Assembly (NCBI GenBank): GCA_035281445.1
Contig: DATEEA010000030.1
Location: 2,332 to 66,331, forward strand
From: Candidatus Polarisedimenticolia bacterium
GTDB lineage: Bacteria > Acidobacteriota > Polarisedimenticolia > JACPZX01 > DASXTC01
Direction: 5' to 3'
DNA: 64,000 nucleotides
The notes below the pieces were generated by a model that did not search any database, was not told where the DNA came from, and was given only the letters and a program-made list of their open reading frames with translations. Positions 24,031 to 33,190 of the stretch are shown piece after piece. A program made the position numbers and the translations under genes. Position 1 is the first letter of the stretch. Every line of letters begins with the position of its first letter.

Positions 24031-24411
24031 CCAGGTCCTTCAGGATCCACAACTTTTCAACATCTGTGGAAAAGATGACAAGCTGGAAAGCGTTGTGCCT
24101 GAAGGCTTTACGCTGGACGATCTGCCCATCCCCCGCCCTCGCCCACGGCGGGGCCCCCGGGTGCCAAGTCTTGTGTCACGCCGCCTGGTGAGGCCAGATG
24201 TTGTGCCGGAAGCCCTCGATCGGGGGGGTCTAGGGTGGGCGATCTTCCGCCTGCCTGCGGCGCCTCATCAAGCCGGGCCAGTCTATCATAGTGGGCGAAG
24301 ACAGGGCAACGAACGCCGGAGCTTCACTTGACGTGACGGCGCCCTGGCCGGTAACATGCGGGGTTCAATGCCACAGGCGATGATCGGGATGCGGATCGGC
24401 CCGGGGGATGC
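24031..24411. promoter_or_regulatory. dnaA/rpmH divergent intergenic region with DnaA-box-like sites (dnaA promoter / origin-proximal).
   Basis: GGATCCACA at 24043-24051 and TGTGGAAAA at 24065-24073 are inverted DnaA-box-like nonamers, one to two mismatches from TTATCCACA, 13 bp apart. Confidence 0.4.
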
Positions 24412-24549
24412 ATGGCGAAGCGCACGTTCCAGCCCAACAACGACCGGCGCAAGAAGAAGCACGGCTTCCGTGCCAGGATGAAGACCGCGAAAGGCCGCCT
24501 CGTCCTGAAGCGCAGGCGGGCCAAAGGCCGGAAGAGATTGACCGTCTAG
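24412..24549 (+). CDS. rpmH: 50S ribosomal protein L34.
   Basis: [45 protein letters not shown] (45 aa). This is a small ORF missed by the track. Confidence 0.9.
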   Translation: MAKRTFQPNNDRRKKKHGFRARMKTAKGRLVLKRRRAKGRKRLTV

Positions 24550-24917
24550 GGCCGCCGAGCGGCGAGAGGTTCACCCGCGACGACAGGCTCCACCACCGCC
24601 GGGAGTTCGACGCTGTTTACTCGCGCGGGGTGAGGATCCCGGGCCGCCACTTCGTCCTCTTCATCCTTCCCAACAGCGCCGGGCGCAGCCGTCTCGGCGT
24701 CACCTTGAGCCGCAAGGTGGGCAACGCCGTCGTCAGGAACCTGGCCCGCCGGCGCCTGAGGGAGATCTTCCGCAGGAACAGGGCTCTGAGGGAGGCCGGA
24801 CTGGACATCGTGGTCCACGGCCGCCCCGAGATCGCCTGGGTGCCGCTGGAGGCGCTGAGGAGCGAGATCGAGAAGGGGATGGTCAGGTTCGCGCAGCAGG
24901 AGAAGAGACGATCATGA
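24549..24917 (+). CDS. rnpA: RNase P protein component. No canonical start codon is visible, so the start is uncertain.
   Basis: ...ERFTRDDRLHHRREFDAVYSRGVRIPGRHFVLFILPNSAGRSRLGVTLSRKVGNAVVRNLARRRLREIFR is a typical RnpA sequence. It lies in the frame of track ORF 24408..24917. Confidence 0.75.
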   Translation, partial: GPPSGERFTRDDRLHHRREFDAVYSRGVRIPGRHFVLFILPNSAGRSRLGVTLSRKVGNAVVRNLARRRLREIFRRNRALREAGLDIVVHGRPEIAWVPLEALRSEIEKGMVRFAQQEKRRS

Positions 24918-25132
24918 AGTGGCTGTCGGCTGCCGCGCTCGCCTCGCTGCGCTTCTACAAGAGGTTCGTGTCGCCGCTGCTGCCGGCCGCCTGCCGCTTC
25001 GAGCCGACCTGCTCGGTCTACGGCTACCAGGCGGTCCAGCGGTACGGCGTGATGAAGGGAACATCCATGCTGATCGGCCGTCTCCTGCGGTGTCATCCGC
25101 TGCACCGGGGCGGCTTCGATCCCGTCAGGTAA
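24914..25132 (+). CDS. yidD: Membrane protein insertion efficiency factor YidD.
   Basis: The track ORF 24914..25132 encodes a 72-aa sequence ending ...RLLRCHPLHRGGFDPVR. Its position rnpA-yidD-yidC fits this gene order, and its ATG overlaps the rnpA stop (ATGA). Confidence 0.85.
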   Translation: MKWLSAAALASLRFYKRFVSPLLPAACRFEPTCSVYGYQAVQRYGVMKGTSMLIGRLLRCHPLHRGGFDPVR

Positions 25133-25138
25133 GGACCA

Positions 25139-26914
25139 TTGGAAAAACGCGCTCTCGTCGCCGTCCTGCTCTCCGTCGCCGTCATTGTCCTGTGGCAGAT
25201 CTTCTTCATCCCGCCGGTGACCCAGGGCCCCTCCGTCCCGCCCCCTGCTGCCGAGTCCAGCGGAGCGGCCCCCGGCCCCGGCGAGGCGGAGCCTCCAGCC
25301 CCCGTGGAGGGGCCGCCGGCCCCCACACCCGCGGCCGAGGCGATCCAGGCCGAGGCGGCCGAGGAGTTCCGGCTGATAACCGGGACCCAGGACGTCCGCC
25401 TCACCAACCAGGGCGGAAGGGTGACCTGGTGGAGGCTCCCGCGCTACACCCTCGATGAAGGAAGGCCGGTCGACCTCATTCCGGAGCAGGCGGCCGCGGC
25501 GGATGTCCTCCCGCTCCAGGTGAAGCTGCCGGGGGACGAAGAGACCTCCCGGCGCCTGGCAACGGCACTGCACCGCCATGAGATCGAAGAGATCCCCGCA
25601 GGGGACCCCTCCGGGCTCGGCCCGGGCCGGCGCGTCGCCTTCAGCTACGCCGACGGCAAGGGCCTTGCCGTGCGCAAGAGCCTGGCTCTGTCGCAGGACG
25701 GCTACGTCGCGCGCGCCTCGCTGGAAGTCACCCGCGATGGCCGCCCCGTCCCCGCCGTGCTGGTCTGGGCCACCGGGCTCTCGCAGCCGGTCGTGGGGGA
25801 CACCTCCTCCTACGGGCACGTCGAGGGCCAGGCCGTCGTGCACGACGGATCCAGCGTCAACAGGATGCTCCCCGGCAAGCTGGAGCGCCGCGTGGTCTAC
25901 GGGCCCGCCACCGGGACCCCGGTGCTGTGGGCCGGCCTGGAGTCCACGTATTTCGCGTCCCTCGCGCTGGGAACGGCCGGGGAGAAAGCGGCGCCTCTGA
26001 CCCTGGTGCTGGAGCCTGTCTTGGCTCCGCCCCGGCCGGGGGCCGCCGCCGAGCCGCTGCTGACGGCCGGGCTGCACGCGGAGGGACCGGCGGCGTGGAA
26101 GCTGTTCGTGGGGCCCAAGGACTACCGCACCCTCGAGGCGCTGGGGCAGGACCTGACCAAGGCCATCCACTTCTCCGACTTCTCGCTGATCTATCTCTGC
26201 ACCAAGGGGCTGTTCCTGGCCCTCACCTGGATCAACGGCTACGTGGGCAACTACGGCTGGTCGATCATCATCCTGACCTTTGTGGTGCGCCTGGCCTTCT
26301 TCCCGATCACCTACCGCTCGTCGATCACCATGCGCCAGACGAGCAAGAAGATGGCCAAGCTGGCTCCCCGCGTGAAGTCGATCCAGGAGAAGTACCGCAA
26401 GATGAAGCGCTCGATGGAGACACAGGCCAAGATGAACGAGGAGATCATGGGCCTGTACAAGAAGGAGGGAGTCAACCCCATGAGCAACCTCGGGGGCTGC
26501 CTGCCGCTCCTGCTCCAGATGCCCGTGTTCATCGGCTTCTACAACCTGCTGGCGGTCACCATCGAGATGAGGCAGGCCCCGTTCCTGGGATGGCTCCAGG
26601 ATCTCTCCCTGAGGGACCCCTACTACATCACCCCGCTGCTGATGGGAGCTTCCTGGCTCCTGCAGCAGGCGATGACGTCGTCCTCCATCCCCGACCCGAT
26701 GCAGCGCCGCATGATGATGTTCATGCCGGTCATGTTCACCTTCTTCATGATGCACATGCCCAGCGGGTTGGTGATCTACTGGCTCACGAGCAACCTGCTG
26801 GGAATGGCTCAGCAGTTCGTGATCAACCGAAAGGCCGATCAGCTCGAAGCCGGCCACCGCGCTCGGGAGGCGGCCGCCGGCGCCCGGAGGGCAGAAGATG
26901 GACAGACGGCATGA
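25139..26914 (+). CDS. yidC: Membrane protein insertase YidC.
   Basis: A TTG start follows AAGGA. There is an N-terminal transmembrane segment and periplasmic domain. The conserved C-terminal transmembrane core contains GCLPLLLQMPVFIGFY. Confidence 0.9.
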   Translation: MEKRALVAVLLSVAVIVLWQIFFIPPVTQGPSVPPPAAESSGAAPGPGEAEPPAPVEGPPAPTPAAEAIQAEAAEEFRLITGTQDVRLTNQGGRVTWWRLPRYTLDEGRPVDLIPEQAAAADVLPLQVKLPGDEETSRRLATALHRHEIEEIPAGDPSGLGPGRRVAFSYADGKGLAVRKSLALSQDGYVARASLEVTRDGRPVPAVLVWATGLSQPVVGDTSSYGHVEGQAVVHDGSSVNRMLPGKLERRVVYGPATGTPVLWAGLESTYFASLALGTAGEKAAPLTLVLEPVLAPPRPGAAAEPLLTAGLHAEGPAAWKLFVGPKDYRTLEALGQDLTKAIHFSDFSLIYLCTKGLFLALTWINGYVGNYGWSIIILTFVVRLAFFPITYRSSITMRQTSKKMAKLAPRVKSIQEKYRKMKRSMETQAKMNEEIMGLYKKEGVNPMSNLGGCLPLLLQMPVFIGFYNLLAVTIEMRQAPFLGWLQDLSLRDPYYITPLLMGASWLLQQAMTSSSIPDPMQRRMMMFMPVMFTFFMMHMPSGLVIYWLTSNLLGMAQQFVINRKADQLEAGHRAREAAAGARRAEDGQTA

Positions 26915-27344
26915 CATCGAGGAGCTTGCCAGGCGCTTCCTCGACGCGATGAAGCTCTCCCTCACCGCGTCGGTGACCGAGGAGCCGGATTCCTTTCAGG
27001 TGGATCTGGGCGGGCCCGACGCCTACCTGCTCCTGGAGCGCAAGGGGGGCGTGCTGGATGCCCTGCAGCTTGTGATGGGCAAGGTGGCCGAGGCGCGGCT
27101 GCAGCTCGACAAGCGGCTGGTGGTGGACTGCGAAGGGTACCGCAAGGGGCGCGACGCCGAGCTGGTGCAGATCGCGCTGTCCGCAGCCGACAAGGTACGC
27201 AAGCTGCGCCAGCCGATGGAGCTGGCGCCCATGAACCCCTACGAGCGCCGGCTGGTCCATCTGGCCCTGGCGGAGCAGGAAGGGGTGGCCTCGGCGAGCC
27301 AGGGAGACGGCTTCCTCAAGCGAATCCTGATCACCCCCGCCTGA
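26898..27344 (+). CDS. jag: Jag/KhpB-type R3H RNA-binding protein.
   Basis: The 148-aa sequence ends ...PMELAPMNPYERRLVHLALAE, which is R3H-like. The canonical position is after yidC. Confidence 0.75.
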   Translation: MDRRHDIEELARRFLDAMKLSLTASVTEEPDSFQVDLGGPDAYLLLERKGGVLDALQLVMGKVAEARLQLDKRLVVDCEGYRKGRDAELVQIALSAADKVRKLRQPMELAPMNPYERRLVHLALAEQEGVASASQGDGFLKRILITPA

Positions 27345-27357
27345 CCGGCCCGGCGGG

Positions 27358-28716
27358 ATGAACCAGCCTCACCAGACCATCGCCGCCCTCAGCACCCCTT
27401 CCGGGCGCGCGGCGATCGCCCTGATCCGGCTCAGCGGTCCCGATGCCCTTCTCATCGCCCGGCGCCTGTTCACCTCGGGAAGCCCGGATCCGCCGCCGGC
27501 GCGGCGCTCGGTGCTCGGGAGCATCCATGGCCGCGAGGGCGGCCAGGAGATCGACACAGGCTGTTTGACCTACTATCCGGCCGGCCGGTCGTACACCGGG
27601 GAGGATCTCGTGGAGCTCACCTGCCACGGCAACCCCGTCGTCGTGGAGAGGATTCTCGAGGAGCTGCTGGCGGCGGGGGCGCGCCCTGCCTCCCCGGGAG
27701 AGTTCACCTACCGCGCCGTGGTCAACGGCCGAATGGACCTGGCGCAGGCCGAGGGGGTGCGGGACTTCATCGAAGCCGCCACCCGCGGCGCGGCGGAGGC
27801 GGCGCTCGGCCAGCTTCGCGGTGCGCTCTCCAGCAGGGTCGAGCAGATCAAGGATGCGCTCGTGGAAGCGATCTGCCGGGCCGAGGCGAGCATCGAGTTC
27901 GCCGAAGAGCCGGATGTGGCGGCGTCGGAGGGGAATCTGGCGGCGCGCCTGGCCGGCATCCGGACCGACGTGGAGGAGCTGCTGCGCAGCTACCGCCAGG
28001 GCCGGCTTCTGCGCGAGGGGGCAAGGGTGGTCATCGCAGGCCGCACCAATGCCGGCAAATCAAGCCTTTTCAACGCGTTGCTCGACACGGAGCGCGCCAT
28101 CGTCAGCGACCGGCCAGGGACCACCCGTGATTTCCTCTCCGAGCGGATCGACCTGGCCGGGGTCCCCGTCACCCTGATCGACACGGCAGGTCTCGGTGAC
28201 GAGGCCGATCCGCTGGAGCGGGAGGGGATGGCCCGGACGCGGGCACAAGCGCAGCAGGCCGACGTCGTCGTGCTTCTGTGCCCGTGCGACGAGCCTCTGC
28301 AGGAGGCCGACGAGCGCCTGATGGCGGAGCTGCAAGGCCGGGCCCTGCTGGCGGCCGGGAAGATCGACCGGCCGTCGCTGGAATGGGCCTCGGAGCCCAG
28401 GGTCGGAGCGAGAGTCTCCTCGGTCACGCGGGAGGGCCTGGCTCCCCTGCGGGAGGCGATAGGCCGCCGGCTGGGCGTGGACGAGCAGCCCTCCGGCCGC
28501 CGGCTGCTGGTGACCAGCGCACGGCACCACGCGGCGCTCGCGGACTGCGCCGCCCGGCTGGCCGCGGCCGGCAGCCGGCTGGCAGAAGGGCTGACCGAGG
28601 AGGTGGTGGTGGTCGAGCTGCACGCGGCGCTGGCATCGCTGGGCGACATCACCGCCCCGGTGAGCCCCGAGACGATCTACGATCGCATCTTCTCCACGTT
28701 CTGCATCGGCAAGTAG
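27358..28716 (+). CDS. mnmE: tRNA modification GTPase MnmE.
   Basis: The GTPase G1 motif GRTNAGKSSLFNALL is present. The C-terminal CIGK motif is present. 452 aa. Confidence 0.95.
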   Translation: MNQPHQTIAALSTPSGRAAIALIRLSGPDALLIARRLFTSGSPDPPPARRSVLGSIHGREGGQEIDTGCLTYYPAGRSYTGEDLVELTCHGNPVVVERILEELLAAGARPASPGEFTYRAVVNGRMDLAQAEGVRDFIEAATRGAAEAALGQLRGALSSRVEQIKDALVEAICRAEASIEFAEEPDVAASEGNLAARLAGIRTDVEELLRSYRQGRLLREGARVVIAGRTNAGKSSLFNALLDTERAIVSDRPGTTRDFLSERIDLAGVPVTLIDTAGLGDEADPLEREGMARTRAQAQQADVVVLLCPCDEPLQEADERLMAELQGRALLAAGKIDRPSLEWASEPRVGARVSSVTREGLAPLREAIGRRLGVDEQPSGRRLLVTSARHHAALADCAARLAAAGSRLAEGLTEEVVVVELHAALASLGDITAPVSPETIYDRIFSTFCIGK

Positions 28717-28723
28717 GAGCGTC

Positions 28724-30538
28724 ATGCGGTTCGACGTCATCGTCATCGGGGCCGGCCATGCGGGCTGCGAGGCGGCGCACGCATCCGCCCGCATGGGGCT
28801 GCACACCGCCATGGTCACCCCGAGCATCGGGTCGGTCGCCAGGATGTCGTGCAACCCGGCCGTGGGGGGGATCGCCAAGGGGCACCTCGTGCGCGAGATC
28901 GACGCCCTCGGCGGGCTGATGGGCCGGGTCACGGACGAGGCGGGAATCCAGTTCCGGCTGCTCAACCGGAGCCGGGGCCCGGCGGTGCGGGCTCCGCGGG
29001 CCCAGGCGGACAAGGCTCTCTACCACCGCGTCATGCTGCGTGAGCTGAGAGCGCTGCCCGGCCTGGAGCTGGTGGAGGGGATGGTCGCCGACCTCTTGCT
29101 CGCGGCCGGCGAGGCCCGAGGGGTCCTGCTCGCCGACGGGCGGCGGGTCGAGGCCCGCTGCGTCGTGGCGACCACCGGGACGTTCCTCAGAGGACTCATC
29201 CACATCGGCAGGGAGAGCTTTCCTGCGGGCCGGCTGGGTGAAGCCCCCTCGATCGATCTCGCCGTACGGCTCGAGCAGCTCGGCTTCGGGATCGGCCGTC
29301 TGAAGACAGGGACGCCCCCGCGGCTGCGGCGCGACACCATCGATTTCGGCCGCTTCGAGCCGCAGCACGGCGACGCCGACCCGGTGCCGTTCTCATTCGG
29401 GACCGAGCGCTTGGACCGGGAGCAGGTTCCCTGTCACATCGCCTGGACCAACGAGCGCACGCACGCCGTCATCCGGGCCCGCCTGGCCGACTCTCCGCTC
29501 TACGGCGGGTGCATCACCGGGGTGGGTCCGCGGTACTGCCCTTCCATCGAGGACAAGGTGGTGCGGTTCGCGGACAGGGCGCGGCACCAGATCTTCATCG
29601 AGCCGGAAGGGAGGCAGACCGACGAGATCTATCTGAATGGGATCTCGACGAGCCTGCCTCGCGAGGCGCAGCGGGAGCTGATCGATTCGATCGATGGGCT
29701 CTCCGGGGCGGAGATCGTCCGGCCGGGATACGCCATCGAATACGACTTCGTCCATCCGACCGAACTCAAGCCGACGCTCGAGACCTGGAGAATCGACCGG
29801 CTCTACCTGGCAGGGCAGATTGACGGCACCACCGGCTACGAAGAGGCGGGCGCTCTGGGCATCATGGCCGGCATCAACGCGGCGCTGAAGGTGCGAGGGG
29901 AGGAGCCGCTCATACTGGGGCGGCACGAGGCCTACACGGCCGTGCTGGTGGATGACCTGGTGCGCCTGGGGACGAGCGAGCCCTACCGGATGTTCACCTC
30001 CCGCGCCGAACACCGCCTCCTCCTGGACATCGACAGCGCCGACGCGCGGCTGACCCCTCATGGGTGGCGGATCGGCCTGGTGAGCGCCGAGGCCTACGAG
30101 CGGTTCCTGTCCAGGTACGACCGGGTGGAGCGGGCGTTGGCGTGGCTGGGCGCCGCGAGCCGGCGCCTGGCCAGACCGGATGTCCGGTTCGACGACATCG
30201 AGGCGGATGCCGGTCCGGCCCCTGTCCGGCTGAGCGACCGGGACAAGAGCCTGATCGAGGGGCGCATCAAGTACAGCGGGTACGTGAGCCAGGCCAGGCG
30301 GGAGCTGGACCGGCTGGCGCTGGACGCCGGCCGGCGAATCCCCGAGGGGCTCGATTTCGCCGGCATCCCAGGCCTCTCCGCCGAGATCGTGGAGAAGCTC
30401 GCCAGACTCCGCCCGGCCACGCTGGGACAAGCAGCCCGCATCAGCGGCGTGACGCCGGCCGCAGTGGCCATCCTCCGGGTCCACACCCACAAGGGAAACC
30501 GTGCAAAGCGCAGACATCCGGCCGATCCTGGACAGTGA
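28724..30538 (+). CDS. mnmG: tRNA uridine 5-carboxymethylaminomethyl modification enzyme MnmG (GidA).
   Basis: MRFDVIVIGAGHAGCEAAHASARMG contains the FAD-binding GxGxxG. 604 aa. Confidence 0.95.
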   Translation: MRFDVIVIGAGHAGCEAAHASARMGLHTAMVTPSIGSVARMSCNPAVGGIAKGHLVREIDALGGLMGRVTDEAGIQFRLLNRSRGPAVRAPRAQADKALYHRVMLRELRALPGLELVEGMVADLLLAAGEARGVLLADGRRVEARCVVATTGTFLRGLIHIGRESFPAGRLGEAPSIDLAVRLEQLGFGIGRLKTGTPPRLRRDTIDFGRFEPQHGDADPVPFSFGTERLDREQVPCHIAWTNERTHAVIRARLADSPLYGGCITGVGPRYCPSIEDKVVRFADRARHQIFIEPEGRQTDEIYLNGISTSLPREAQRELIDSIDGLSGAEIVRPGYAIEYDFVHPTELKPTLETWRIDRLYLAGQIDGTTGYEEAGALGIMAGINAALKVRGEEPLILGRHEAYTAVLVDDLVRLGTSEPYRMFTSRAEHRLLLDIDSADARLTPHGWRIGLVSAEAYERFLSRYDRVERALAWLGAASRRLARPDVRFDDIEADAGPAPVRLSDRDKSLIEGRIKYSGYVSQARRELDRLALDAGRRIPEGLDFAGIPGLSAEIVEKLARLRPATLGQAARISGVTPAAVAILRVHTHKGNRAKRRHPADPGQ

Positions 30539-31172
30539 GCTCGCCTCGGCGGGGGTCGTTCTCCCCGCCGAGGCGGTCGACCGGCTGGCGTCCCATGCCA
30601 GGATGGTCGCGAAGTGGAACCATGCCGTTCGGCTCGTGGGGAGCGCCGAGCCGGCCGTGCTGGTGAAGCGCCACATCCTCGAGTCGCTGGCGATCCTCCC
30701 CTTCATCCACGAGCCGCGTGGAGCACTGCTCGACGTGGGATCGGGCAACGGCTTTCCCGCCATCCCGCTCAAGTGCGCGCAGCCGGACCTTCGGCTGGCG
30801 ATGATGGAGCCGACGGTCCGCAAAGGGGTGTTCCTCCAGAATGTCATTCACGAGCTGCGGCTCACCGATGCCATGGTGATCAGGGGAAGGGTCGACAGCC
30901 CGAACGATCTGTCGCGGTACGGCCGCTGGGACTGCATCACCATGCGGGCTGTCGCCGCGATCCCCGCCGTCCTCACCGGCGCCCCGGCAGCCCTTCGCCC
31001 CAGCGGCAGGCTCTTCTTCCTGGTGGGGGAGGCGGGACGGGACCAGGTCCTCCGCCAGCTCCACCAGTCCCTCACGCTGCTGGCCGACACGACGCTGCCC
31101 GGTATGAAGGCATCGTTTCTCCTGGTCATCGGCATGAATTCACCCGGGCCGGTGTCGCCGACCGTCCACTGA
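30501..31172 (+). CDS. rsmG: 16S rRNA (guanine527-N7)-methyltransferase RsmG (GidB).
   Basis: KWNHAVRLVG...LLDVGSGNGFPAIPL is a SAM-binding motif. The start overlaps the mnmG end by 38 nt, so the start is uncertain. Confidence 0.85.
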   Translation: MQSADIRPILDSELASAGVVLPAEAVDRLASHARMVAKWNHAVRLVGSAEPAVLVKRHILESLAILPFIHEPRGALLDVGSGNGFPAIPLKCAQPDLRLAMMEPTVRKGVFLQNVIHELRLTDAMVIRGRVDSPNDLSRYGRWDCITMRAVAAIPAVLTGAPAALRPSGRLFFLVGEAGRDQVLRQLHQSLTLLADTTLPGMKASFLLVIGMNSPGPVSPTVH

Positions 31173-31183
31173 GCGGCCAAAAT

Positions 31184-31199
31184 TGTTCCACGTGGAACA
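31184..31199. promoter_or_regulatory. parS-like centromere site.
   Basis: TGTTCCACGTGGAACA is a perfect 16-bp palindrome. It differs from the canonical parS TGTTTCACGTGAAACA at two symmetric positions. It lies 76 bp upstream of parA. Confidence 0.6.
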
Positions 31200-31274
31200 T
31201 TCCGGTTTCGGGCCGGGCGGCTCCGTGGTACTCTCCCCGCCGCGCTCGCCTGAGAGCCGGAACCCGGAGGCTGC

Positions 31275-32177
31275 ATGGCAAGGATCATCGCCGTCGCCAA
31301 CCAGAAGGGCGGAGTGGGGAAGACCACCACGGCCATCAACCTTGCCGCCTCGCTCGCGGTCGGAGAGCGCCGAACCCTGCTGATCGACACCGATCCCCAG
31401 AGCAACGCGACCAGAGGCCTTGGAGTCCCTGCCCAGGCGGACCGCCCAAGTCTTTACGATGTCCTCGCGGGCGATGCGCCGGCAGGAGATGTTCTGCTTC
31501 CGACCGAGCTGGCTCATCTGTCGCTTCTGCCCGCCGACCGCGATCTGATCGGCGCCGAGCTGGAGCTCGCCGCGATGGAAGGACGGGAGCACAAGTTGCG
31601 CGAGGCGATCGGCCCGCTCGGCGAAGCGTTCGACTTCATCGTGCTCGATTGCCCGCCGGCGCTGGGGCTGCTGACCATCAACGCCCTCTGCGCGGCCAGG
31701 GGGGTGCTCGTCCCGGTGCAGTGCGAGTATCTGGCGCTTGAGGGACTCACCGAGTTGATGGAGACCCTCAAGCGAGTCCGCAACGCCTTCAACCCGGACC
31801 TGAGCCTGGAGGGGATCCTCCTGACGATGTATGACGACCGGACGAACCTCGCCAGGCAGGTGGTCACCGAGGTGCAGCAGTACTTCGGCGACTCCGTCTT
31901 CAAGGCCATCGTGCCCCGGAACGTGCGGCTGGGGGAGGCGCCCAGCTTTGGTAAGCCCATTGTCCTCTATGACATAAAGTCAAAGGGAGCCGAGGCGTAT
32001 CTCGGTCTGGCGAAGGAGATTGTCGCGCATGAAAAGACGGGCGCTTGGACGAGGTCTGAGCTCGCTCCTGCCGGACAACCCGGCAACCCGGGAGCCGGAG
32101 CCGGGCCGGCAGGGGATGATCGACCTGGAGGTGGATCGGATCACGCCGAGCCGGACCCAGCCTCGGGAGCGGTTTGA
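31275..32177 (+). CDS. parA: Chromosome partitioning ATPase ParA/Soj. The ORF has a ~50-aa low-complexity tail overlapping parB.
   Basis: MARIIAVANQKGGVGKTTTAINLAA contains the deviant Walker A KGGVGKTT. No in-frame stop occurs before 32177. Confidence 0.9.
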   Translation: MARIIAVANQKGGVGKTTTAINLAASLAVGERRTLLIDTDPQSNATRGLGVPAQADRPSLYDVLAGDAPAGDVLLPTELAHLSLLPADRDLIGAELELAAMEGREHKLREAIGPLGEAFDFIVLDCPPALGLLTINALCAARGVLVPVQCEYLALEGLTELMETLKRVRNAFNPDLSLEGILLTMYDDRTNLARQVVTEVQQYFGDSVFKAIVPRNVRLGEAPSFGKPIVLYDIKSKGAEAYLGLAKEIVAHEKTGAWTRSELAPAGQPGNPGAGAGPAGDDRPGGGSDHAEPDPASGAV

Positions 32178-32889
32178 CGAGGAGGAGCTCCAGGCTCTCG
32201 CCTCCTCCATCAAGACCGCCGGACTGCTGCAGCCGGTCCTCGTCCGCAGGAGCGGGACCGGCTTCGAGCTGATCGCCGGAGAGCGGCGTTGGCGGGCCGC
32301 CCGGATGGCGGGGCTGCGCACGATCCCGGCCATCACCCAGGACGCCGGCGATGAGCGGTCGCTCGAGCTGGCGCTCATCGAGAACATCCAGCGCCAGCAG
32401 CTCAACCCGATCGAAGAGGCCAGAGCTTTTTCTTCGCTGATATCCACCCACGGCCTCACCCAGGAAGAGGTCGCCGGCAAGCTGGGACGCAGCCGTTCCT
32501 CCGTCGCCAACACCCTGAGACTCCTGAAGCTCCCCGGCGGTGTCCAGGACATGATGCGAACCGGAGCGCTGACGGCCGGGCACGCCAAGGCGCTGCTCGG
32601 GCTGCCCCCCGAGCAAATTCAAGAGGCGGCCGAGAGGATGGCCGCCGGGGACATGACGGTGCGAGCCGCCGAGGAATTGTCTCGCGGCAAGGGAAGGGAG
32701 AAGTCGCCGGAAAAAGAGCAGGTCCTGGACCCTAACATCCGTGACGCCGAGCTGCGGCTGCAGCGAGCCCTCGGGACGAAGGTCCGCATCCGCGGCGCCG
32801 AGAAAGGGAAGGGGAGGATCGAGATCGAGTTCTACTCCGCCGAGGAGCTGGAGCGGCTGTTCGACGTTTTGGAAGGCCGTACGAACTAA
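32020..32889 (+). CDS. parB: Chromosome partitioning protein ParB/Spo0J.
   Basis: MKRRALGRGLSSLL... contains the ParB box GERRWRAA, and the HTH motif is also present. Confidence 0.9.
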   Translation: MSRMKRRALGRGLSSLLPDNPATREPEPGRQGMIDLEVDRITPSRTQPRERFDEEELQALASSIKTAGLLQPVLVRRSGTGFELIAGERRWRAARMAGLRTIPAITQDAGDERSLELALIENIQRQQLNPIEEARAFSSLISTHGLTQEEVAGKLGRSRSSVANTLRLLKLPGGVQDMMRTGALTAGHAKALLGLPPEQIQEAAERMAAGDMTVRAAEELSRGKGREKSPEKEQVLDPNIRDAELRLQRALGTKVRIRGAEKGKGRIEIEFYSAEELERLFDVLEGRTN

Positions 32890-33041
32890 ATAGCATTACC
32901 GAGGGGCCGGGCGAGCCGCCGGGGCTCTCGAAGCGGCCCGGGCCGGAGCGATGACTCGACCTCCCGCTGCCGCGGGGCGCAGGCGGCCCCGCCGCCTCGG
33001 GCGGGATGCGCGCTCCGCGCGCCTTCTTGGGAGTGGGCTCG

Positions 33042-33071
33042 TTGACGCTCCGTCCGAAGCCGTGGTAGATT
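33042..33071 (+). promoter_or_regulatory. Candidate sigma70-like promoter for the atp operon.
   Basis: TTGACG and TAGATT are separated by an 18-nt spacer. Confidence 0.3.
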
Positions 33072-33190
33072 ACCGCCCTTCTTTTTGAAGGGACGGGTTT
33101 TACCCTCCTTGCGGTCTCCGGCACCGACCAGCGTCACGCAGGGGCCGTGGAGGTGCGGATCGTCATGGTGGCGAGCGTCCGCCCCGCACG

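Noticed and set aside
24408-24548. ATG at 24408 as the rnpA start.
   Set aside because: It would make rnpA overlap the entire rpmH gene in another frame. The translated N-terminus ([17 protein letters not shown]...) is not RnpA-like.
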